A DNA stretch of 64,000 bases from Eledone cirrhosa (lineage: Eukaryota): positions 47,368,001 to 47,432,000 of the forward strand of contig OZ024746.1 of assembly GCA_964016885.1 (NCBI GenBank), in the 5' to 3' direction. Shown in pieces: positions 54,233-64,000 of the stretch. A program made the position numbers and the translations under genes. Below the pieces are notes generated by a model. That model saw only the letters and a program-made list of their open reading frames with translations, searched no databases and was not told where the DNA came from. Each line of letters opens with the position of its first letter. The first letter of the stretch is position 1.

Positions 54233-54416
54233 TGTTTCTACTTTAGGCACAAGGCCAGCAATTACCCAGTGCATTACTGGTACTTTATTGTATCGACCCC
54301 GTAAGGATGAAAGGCAAAGTCAACCTCGGCGGGATTTGAACTCAGATCGTAAAGGGACGTAACTATGCTGGAAAGCATGGGGTCCGACCCTCTACCAATA
54401 CTGCCAATCCACCGCC
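54233..54416 (-). mobile_element. tRNA-derived SINE
   Basis: Nearly identical to 1972-2153. Confidence 0.85.
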
Positions 54417-54651
54417 CTGTATATATATATATATAACGGCGATGAATTAGTTTTGCTTGCTAGGTTTTTGGTATGAAATCGTGTGTCGAAACAAATATTG
54501 TTATACGTTGGTCAGTCAATGGTAACATTGAGGACGGAATAAATTAAATTAACTTATATAAAAGATACAGAAGCGAAAACCAACCAAACAGTGAGTGTGT
54601 TCTGTTATATTCTGGCAATATTATTACACAAATATGACCTTCACCAAGTAT

Positions 54652-54698
<47 letters not shown>

Positions 54699-54704
<6 letters not shown>

Positions 54705-56859
54705 TATTGAAGTTTGCTTGAAGCATTGTGGAATAATAAGTAAATATCTTTAAGTGGTTTGGATGCCTCGACAATGCAAATGGTTAAATCTCCGGGTAAC
54801 AAGATCCGGTTGTGGAGAGAGAGATGTAAGTGGGTGTACGTTGAGATGCGTGGTGTGTATAAGATGTGTAGAAGAATGAAGGGAAGAGTATAAAGGAGAA
54901 AATAAAAATAACAACACAAGAGAGAGTTACCTTGGGAGAGATTTAATAGTCCCTATATATTTCGGATTCACATCCATCAACTGGGGGTTTTTTCCGGGGT
55001 GGGGGAAAGGTTGTCTGTCGGACAGGTGCGAAACGCGTCCTCCACTGTTTGTTGTTTTGAATATCTGAGGTATTCGGCAGAGCGCGCGTGCGCGTGACAT
55101 GGGGTCGGTCGGGCAGAGGTCAGCGGCCGAATGAAGGAGTGGGGTGGCGCTAGCTGTCAGTCCATTCTCTGCCTGTTTGTTAAATGTTACTGTGTGCGTG
55201 TGTGCGTGTGTTGTTGTCTCGCTTGAGTGTGTGTGTGTGTGCGTGTGTTGTTGCCTTGTTCCTCTGTATTGGCAGTGTAGTATGTTCGTATGGTGGAATG
55301 CTACTGTATGTGTGTGGGTGGGTGTGTGTGTAGTTGTCTCGTTTGTGTGTGTATGTGTGTGCGTGTGCTGTGTGTTGCTGCATCCTTTGTTAACTTAAAC
55401 CAGCCATCTCATTTCGCTTCTCTCTGATCGGTTGTTTATTCGCGGTTGCAGGCGTTTGATAAAAAGCGCTTCCTTGGTACGTAACGTGCCGACGTTTCTT
55501 TCAGTCGCTAGAATTGTGACAATGGGCCTTTCGTCTTTGTTTCCGCATTTGTCTATGTGTTTCCGGAAAGACGAGGCCCTGGTTTTAGTGTGTTCCTTGA
55601 TCCGGATTTGCAAAGGTCGGATTGTGCTACCTATGTAGTATTGGTTGCACCTGTCACATTCTATCTTATACACGACGTATGTGCGTAGGCAACAGTTCGC
55701 ATGGCGTATCGGGCAGTCTCTGAGGGAGCATGCGTCAGTAGATTTCCCGGGTTTCCTGGAGAGGCATCTTCGCAGGGAGGGGCCCGAGTGGGCCAGGTGG
55801 ATGTCGAAGCCCTCCCTCCGTATAGCCTTGCGGATAGCGTTGGTGGTATTCTCGCCCAGGTGTGGCATTTTAAGGAAGCACTTGCCTTGGGTGCCTCTCT
55901 GTCTCTTGTGTCTGGTGTCTACTATTCTGTCTGTCATCGAGGTAGGGTACCCGTTCGTCTCCAGCATCTCGAGGAATCGCTTGGTATGAGTGACACCACT
56001 CGCGGGATCGCTGCATCTGTTTTTGATTCGCGCGATCTCGTTCGTGATGTATCCTCTTTTGGCACTGTTAGGGAGGGCGGACTTGTAGTGAACGAACAGG
56101 TCCCTGCAGGCTGCCTTTCGGTAGAAGTTGCAGTGGATCCTTCCCTGTTCCGTGATGTTGATTCGGAAGTCGAGGAGGGCAAGTGACCCGTCTTCGTTGG
56201 AGTGTTCAACACTGAAGTCAATGTTCTCGTCCGTGTTGTTGAACGTCTCATAGATTCTGTTCGCCGTGTCTTGGGAAGATGTGAGGATGAGGATATCTTC
56301 CACGTACCTTGAGAAAAAGGCTACGGCGTTGGGGTGGCAGGCGTTGAGTGCCTTGCGTTCGAGGTTGTCCATGTAAGATATCGCTAGCACACCTGATAGG
56401 CTTGATCCCATGGGCAATCCCGAGGTTTGTTGGTATGTTTGGTCAAGGAATCCGAAGTAGGTGTTGTCAACGACGATGGATAGGAGTTGGTGGATGTCAG
56501 TGGTGGTGAGCCCTGAGCAGTGTAGGTCGGTGGATTGGACGCGTCCCATCAGTATATTTCTAGCGACTGAAAGAAACGTCGGCACGTTACGTACCAAGGA
56601 AGCGCTTTTTATCAAACGCCTGCAACCGCAAATAAACAACCGATCAGAGAGAAACGAAATGAGATGACTGGTTTAAGTTAACAAACGATGCAGCAACACT
56701 CAACACACGCACACACATACACACACAAACGAGACAACTACACACACACACGCACACACACACAGTAGCATTCCACCATACGAACATACTACACTGCCAA
56801 TACAGAGGAACAAGGCAACAACACACGCACACACACACACACTCAAGCGAGACAACAAC

Positions 56860-56890
<31 letters not shown>

Positions 56891-57347
56891 GTAACATTTA
56901 ACAAACAGGCAGAGAATGGACTGACAGCTAGCGCCACCCCACTCCCTCATTCGGCCGCTGACCTCTGCCCGACCGACCCCATTTCACGCGTACGCGCGCT
57001 CTGCCGAATACCTCAGATATTCAAAACAACAAACAGCGGAGGACGCGTTTCGCACCTGTCCGACAGACAACCTTTCCCCCACCCCGGAAAAAAAACCCCA
57101 GTTGATGGATGTGAATCCGAAATATATAGGGACTATTAAATCTCTCCCAAGGTAACTCTCTCTTGTGTTGTTATTTTTATTTTCTCCTTTATACTCTTCC
57201 CTTCATTCTTCTACACATCTTACACATCTTATACACACCACGCATCTCAACGTACACCCACTTACATCTCTCTCTCCACCACCGGATCTTGTTACCCGGA
57301 GATTTAACCATTTGCATTGTCGAGGCTTCCAAACGACTTAAAGATAT
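54699..57347 (-). mobile_element. Penelope-like element, 5'-truncated, with ~780-bp inverted terminal repeat (pLTR)
   Basis: RT and GIY-YIG on the minus strand; 54745-55513 is mirrored at 56556-57347; inserted in (TA)n. Confidence 0.92.
55395..56555 (-). pseudogene. PLE RT C-terminal half and GIY-YIG endonuclease
   Basis: GLPMGSSLS, RYVED (YVDD motif altered), LLDF, YRK, VVYKIECDRCNQYYIGST, RIKEH, EALFI. Confidence 0.88.
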
Positions 57348-57351
57348 TTAC

Positions 57352-57382
<31 letters not shown>

Positions 57383-57495
57383 GTAATAATAATATATATA
57401 GTAATAATATATATAGTAATAATATATAGTAATAATAATATATATACTAATATATATAGTAATAATATATAGTAATAATAATATATATAGTAATA

Positions 57496-57593
<98 letters not shown>

Positions 57594-57596
57594 GAT

Positions 57597-57903
<307 letters not shown>

Positions 57904-57960
57904 GAGAGAGAGAGAGCGAGAGAGGGAGAGAGGGAGATAGGGGAGAGAGAGGGGGGGGGG

Positions 57961-58031
<71 letters not shown>

Positions 58032-58801
58032 GAATTTTATTTCTCACTGATACATACTTACATTTATATATATATGCTGACGTTAAAGTATGAGAATAGA
58101 AAATATACGTTGTTCTGAGACATCAATCTTATGATAATTAGAAGTTAATTAGTAGACACATAGATACACTTAATCTTAAAATGCAAAAATGAAATTAAAT
58201 ATACGTTAGAACTGCCTCATTGGGTTACCAATGGAAAGACATATTGGCTGTCAGCTGTTATGATGTTCCATCTACAGTATATGTAATTTACTTAGTCTTT
58301 TAATGTCCTAAACATGAAATGTGCTTTCATCTAATTAAGAGTTAATTATCATGAAAATGTCGCTTCAGAAAGATTATAATTTGATTTTAATTTCCTGACG
58401 CTTCACCAACAAATATGTATTCTCATTTTGTGTACGTCTACTTGGCGGTTAAATTAATCGTACTACACTTCGATTAAAACGCTCTCAATATGAACAAAAT
58501 ATATTTGGAGTTGCCTTCTTTAGTTGCTTATGAAAAAGTAAAATTGGTTAAACCAGTACCATTTTGGTCTCACTGGGCAGACTTCTTTATTATTTAGTTA
58601 TTTGGCATTCTGGAATATAAGACAGTCTTGTGAATGTGTCATGTAATTTGTTATAGTCACAAATAACTATTAGTAACAACATAAATATTCCTAAAAATCA
58701 TTTCAGTGTTTTAGCCACATTCATAAGCATAACCAATATTGCAAAAACGATAAAATGAATTTATTGATTCCCATCCTATACCCCCCCTCAACACACACAC
58801 A

Positions 58802-58892
<91 letters not shown>

Positions 58893-59039
58893 ACGAGCTT
58901 ATAGCAAATATTCTCTATAATCCCATTTGCTCACAATTACTCACTCGATGATGTATGGTTTGAACGTGTATCGAGCAAACTTGTCCCAGAGTGCTAACAA
59001 AGTGTATATTCGTAATGTGCTGTTTCACGTGCTTTTCAG

Positions 59040-59148
59040 GACCCCTGGGTTTCGATAAGTGCAATTTGCAACTTGCCCAATACAGTGGCGGCACTATGTT
59101 AGCCGAATTCTGTAAGAACTTTGTCAGCGGACCATGTAATTATAGAGA
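59040..59148 (+). CDS. Candidate internal exon of an unidentified host gene
   Basis: Branch point CTAAC (58994), acceptor GCTTTTCAG|, donor |GTGAGT; the single open frame reads (G)PLGFDKCNLQLAQYSGGTMLAEFCKNFVSGPCNYR; unique non-repetitive sequence. Confidence 0.5.
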
Positions 59149-59972
59149 GTGAGTGAAGCCATTCATTCACACTGAACATAAAAGAATTCTGTTATATATA
59201 TAAATATATAGTTTAGCGACAACATGCTAGACAACAACATGACGGTAACATAGACAACATAGAAATTAGAATAATATCTAAACATAGGAATGACCCAGCA
59301 GATAGGCAAATCAGAGAGGCCAGTGAAATAGAAATTAGAAGACCAAAGCTAAACAGAAAGAATGAGTGGAACAACAACAACACCCAAACAAACAACACTG
59401 ACCTAAGAGAAGTATAAATAAGTAAATAAATAAAATAAAATAAAATAAGATAAATAAATACATACACAAGCACAATAACAACAAGCACATAAACACACAC
59501 TAGTCACCCAGCAGACACAACACTATACACACTAGTCACACAGCACACATAACACTATACACACACGCAAACGCATGCGCAAAGAAGACAAAATAAAATA
59601 AACAAACAAGCAAATAAATAAATAAATAAATATATAGACAGACTGAATAAAAAATGGCGTAGACATACAACACAACAGGAGGAAAAAATATAACACCACT
59701 GACGATGTTGCAGATGTGCAACGAAAGATTTATGTAAATTATGTAAACTATATATATGTGTTTGTGTCTATATTGTATCTGTATTATTTTTGACCGTCGG
59801 TCAGTCAATGGCAACATTGAGGACCGAGTAAGTTAGATCGCAGATATAAAAGACAGCGAGAAGCGAAAACCAACCAAATAGTGAGTGTGTTCTGTTATTA
59901 ATTCTGGCAATATTACGCAAATATGACCCTCCCCAAGTATAACAATATAAATATATATATATATATATATAT

Positions 59973-60577
59973 ATGGTGGCTGCCAACTCGTTTTCGAGTA
60001 CGGCCACTACTTTATATCCATGTAGGAAAACCCCTACCGATGCGCTGAACGAGTGTGACTTTTTAGTCCAGCCAGCGACTTGAAAACTCTGGTACAAACA
60101 CTACACTTGTGACAATTATCGACACATAGTGCTTTGCCTTTGGTACCATGTGACGACAAGTGCAGAGAGATCTCCAGATATAAAGCAATGCCTGTGCCGT
60201 GAAGCTTTTATAGTGAGCAAATGCACTGCACAAAGCCAGTCCCACTCTCTTAACCAAGATGATATTTACCAAAAAGAAGAACAAGTCAACATCATTGGAT
60301 ACCATCAGGGTTGCAGGTGTTATATCAGAGTTTTCCTTCTCCTAGAATTCTGCCTTGACACAGGCTAAGGGGTCATCTCTCCCAGGTCACCACTTGGTGC
60401 TACTGGTAACATGTATCCCAGTACAACCTGTCTCATGGTCGGGTCGTTGGCGACTAAACTGGCAACCCCACCAAGGTTTCTTGGTGAGGAGGGTGACTTT
60501 GGACATCCTGCAGGACTAAAAACAAAACCTGTCAAAGGGCAAAGGAGCTCTTAAGAGTCAATGGCCATCCAAAATCA
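59973..60577 (-). mobile_element. Second bipartite RTE-derived element, with 5' inversion
   Basis: 59973-60383 matches 32101-32510; 60385-60577 is the 5' ~190 nt in inverted orientation. Confidence 0.8.
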
Positions 60578-60692
60578 TATATATATATATATATATATAC
60601 ACGTGTGTGTGTGTGTGTGTAGCTTGACCGTTACAGATTAAGCCATATAGAGAAGAATTATTGGTAAGTATGCTAGCTTGTTTTCTGGAAAA

Positions 60693-60870
60693 TTGGCAGT
60701 ATCGGTAGAGGGTCGGACGCTGTGCTTTCCAGCATAGAGGTGCGCCCCTTTATGGTCTGAATTCAAATCCCGCCGAAGTTAACTTTGCCTTTCATCCTTA
60801 GGAGGTCGATAAAATAAAGTACCAGTAATGCACTGGATAATTGCTGGCCTTGTGCCAATAGTAGAAACAA
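60693..60870 (+). mobile_element. tRNA-derived SINE
   Basis: Same family as 1972-2153. Confidence 0.8.
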
Positions 60871-61995
60871 TTATTTTCAACGACTGAAGTGGAAAGAGTT
60901 AGAGCCCTTGATTTGGCTACAACCTCCATAGACATGTGTTGTAATCTGACAACTATACAACTTCTTCGTAAGATGGAATTACGCACGTGGTGGCTCAAAT
61001 GCGTAGATGTTTAATTAATTTTAATTTTAGTTAATTTTATTTTATTTGGATATGTTTATATGAAGTTTATTTGTCCAGATTAATATTTATGTTTATATTG
61101 AATTTTTTGGATAATTTTAATTCATTTAGATAATATTTATTTCGTTTATACAATTTATTTAATGATTTATTTAGCTTTTATTTTAGATAATTTTTAGTCA
61201 ATATTTTTTTATATGTATGCTACATTTTGTTTAATAATTAATTTAGGTAACTTTCTGTAGCTTTATTAAGCAATTTTAACTGTAGGTTATATTTCATAAC
61301 TTTAATTAGTATTTATTATTTCATGTAGTTTGGACTGTAACAGCTGTCAGGCGCGAGTTTCCTTCTTTAAATTTCTTTTTCGCGTTCTTAGTGTTTGACT
61401 TTCGTATTAAGGTTATGGTTTATGTCTTAATTAATATTTATAATTACACGCAGGAACAGGATTTGGATGAGGCTAATGTGTGACTGCAACGATTTCGGTT
61501 CATTAAGCGGGATACCGTTTTAGCTGAAAATAATCAGTGTTTCCGGGGTTTCCGTCCAGTCGGTGTAGATTCTAACACAATGGAGTCGTAATCACTGCAG
61601 ATATTAATAGTTTTTACTATACAAAAACTAAGGGAGGTGGATTGGCAGTATCGTTAGAGTGCCGGACAACATGCTTTGCGGCATACAGTTATGTCGTAAT
61701 AGCCATGTCTTGGCAACCACATACGTTTTTATCAATTCTCTCCCTGCTTTCATTTTATATATATAACTCATACTTTGAAATCTTTTTGAAATCTTTCTAA
61801 TGAAATACACTATTTAATGTATTGCTAATGAATGTGCATAATAATAATATTATTGTGCAACCAGCATTACGTAGACTTATATTGTATTGAAACATATGTT
61901 AAAGAACTAACTTTTGATTAAATTCTTCATTTTTCTATATTTCACGTCTAGTATTTGTTTTTCCTATACATTTAAAAATACATACATATATATAT

Positions 61996-62063
<68 letters not shown>

Positions 62064-63037
62064 AAAGAATAGAGGTGTAACACACAAGTTATTATATATT
62101 GGTAAACGGAATAGAAAATGCTGACAAATTGTTCACAGTTGAAAAATGGTTTAATTAGGAATAAAAGAGTATTAGCAATTGTATGGGTTAGTATTCAGTT
62201 GTGGTTTTAAGTTTTTAAGTTTTTACCGGTTGCGCATTTCTAAATGCTTTTCAAAAATAATTTTGAGATAGAGTGTCCGTGTTGTTTGCTCTGATCTGAT
62301 TAGTTTTGGGAATTCTACCTGTTTTTATGTTAAAAAAAAAGTGGCTCCAGCGCTACTTTGGTGTTGCAAAAATACTCTATCATGATGTACTAAAGGTATA
62401 TATATTAGGATGATTACTCCCTATCATACAGTGCTACAACTGAATACTCCATACAAAGAGCCATATCTTTATATCAAAGTTCACTGCAAATGTAGTCTAC
62501 TCTCAGAACATGTCAGGGGACTTATTAGAATTATGTCTACAAAACCCCTGGTAAGTTCTGGAGCAGCGTATGGCTGTTTGCATGGCAAAGCCAAATACAT
62601 CTCTTGGGCAGACAAATACATCCCTCATTTACAATGTCATTAATCTATGCATCAAATTATACTTGCATATATAACTCACATACTATTCATACATAATTCA
62701 TTGCACTCAACATATAAGTTAGACAGATCTCTTATGTTAATAAATTAATCTTATATATATCCAATGTTATCACTCCATACATATAAATACAATTGCATTG
62801 TCGAATCTGGTATTTAAAGCTTATATAGACTGTATTGTATCCCTATATAATTATAAGTAATTGAAAGTAATTATACTAAAAGTAGGTGTTTATGGGGATA
62901 TTTCTAGGGTATAAAGTTATAGATAGATGGAATGATTTGTGTCGAAATAGGGTGGATCAGAGAGTGTGGAGTTGTGGTGTGAGGTGTGCCCTTGAGGTGT
63001 GGTGTTAGAAGTGGTGATGGGTTCAAGTCTGACATTG

Positions 63038-64000
63038 TTATATATTGGGTTTAAAGTTTTGGAAGGAGTGCCGGAAGCGGTGCTGGCACGACGCAGTCAC
63101 TTCCAATTTTTTATTAAGTAGGTTATGGTTTGAGAAGATTATAGTATGGATCTCTAGTAGACAGAGGTTACAGAATATATTAGGTGGTTTGTACGATGCC
63201 GCCTTACCTATCACTTCCCATTTAAGTGTATAAGATCTATTTCTAGTTTTTAGATAGTGTATGTAGCTAGATAGTGAAGTGGAGTTGACTAGACTGTGTT
63301 TTTTGAAAGAATGGAGGTGTGAATTGTATCTGGTTTTGAAGCAGTTTGAAGTAGAGCCTATATAGGTTTCAGAAGAGTTGCTAGTTATGACAGTGCATGA
63401 GTATATGATGTCCTTGATTAAGCAGTTTTTATCTAAAGGGCTGGTTCTATTAGATCTACAGTTACAATTATTTTGGATGTTAACCTGCCGGTTATTATGT
63501 TGTGTAGAAGTCTGGTTGCTAGGTATTGTATTATGGCTATGGGGGTTGTCGCTCCCAGCGTTATTGATTTCACTAGTGCTATTACTATTATTACTATTGA
63601 TATCAGGGTTTGCATATATAACGTTGTTTTGAAGGTTTACCCCCTGTCGTGTTTTAGTTTGTTGGAAGTAAGTATTAATGTTTCTTTTATTGCTACTAGC
63701 TATGTGGTATGCTATGTTAGGCGTGGTAGAGTAGGAGATTTTAATGGTGTTTTTGTTTATAAGACTATGATACTTGTGGCCAGATAGGAAGTTTTTATCC
63801 AGGAGTGAGAAGAAAGCCTTAGGTAGGTTGGTAGAGACGTTTAGATTGAAAGTGGGGGGGGTGAAAAATGTATTATTTCTTCTATTTTTGTTTTTTATGT
63901 CTGCTGAGATGCTTCCGTTTATGGTATTTTGGTGACCTCCCTGGTGTGGGTTACGTTTGTTGCCACCCTTCGTACTAGTGTGTGTGTGGTTATTATTCTT
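63038..64000 (-). CDS. Penelope-like element ORF C-terminus (linker and GIY-YIG), open to the window edge
   Basis: Manual translation gives a stop-free frame of ~320 codons: FFTPPTFNLNVSTNL…KISYST…CNCRSNRTSPLDKNC…IIYSCTV…YIGST…FKTRY..H..SF…CNLCLLE…LLNKKLE…CQH…*. It is absent from the supplied ORF track. Confidence 0.85.
   Translation of the reverse strand, partial: KNNNHTHTSTKGGNKRNPHQGGHQNTINGSISADIKNKNRRNNTFFTPPTFNLNVSTNLPKAFFSLLDKNFLSGHKYHSLINKNTIKISYSTTPNIAYHIASSNKRNINTYFQQTKTRQGVNLQNNVIYANPDINSNNSNSTSEINNAGSDNPHSHNTIPSNQTSTQHNNRQVNIQNNCNCRSNRTSPLDKNCLIKDIIYSCTVITSNSSETYIGSTSNCFKTRYNSHLHSFKKHSLVNSTSLSSYIHYLKTRNRSYTLKWEVIGKAASYKPPNIFCNLCLLEIHTIIFSNHNLLNKKLEVTASCQHRFRHSFQNFKPNI

Noticed and set aside
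56556-56639. N-terminal extension of the 414-aa PLE ORF
   Set aside because: It is the antisense of the inverted pLTR arm, not a real N-terminus.

Overview
AT-rich, microsatellite-dense eukaryotic DNA made up almost entirely of transposable elements. The SINE content is consistent with a cephalopod (octopus-like) genome; this is an inference. The main structure is an ~18.5-kb head-to-tail array (7.4-25.9 kb, minus strand) of four Tx1/L1-clade non-LTR retrotransposons from three diverged subfamilies, each flanked on both sides by (GATA)n/(TATC)n microsatellite. In these copies the ORF1 stop codon lies inside a conserved 5' splice-site consensus and the ORF2 stop codon coincides with a 3' splice-site-like TAG|GT, so ORF2 may be an intron. 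Their 5' and 3' UTRs carry covarying RNA hairpins. Also present: two non-coding LTR elements with a tRNA-Trp PBS, a Penelope-like element (PLE) with inverted terminal repeats, an open PLE GIY-YIG frame running off the right edge, several minimal hammerhead ribozymes, many short fold-back insertions in (TA)n, a bipartite RTE-derived element (one copy with a 5' inversion), a deleted mariner, many tRNA-derived SINEs and one candidate host exon. No complete host gene is visible.
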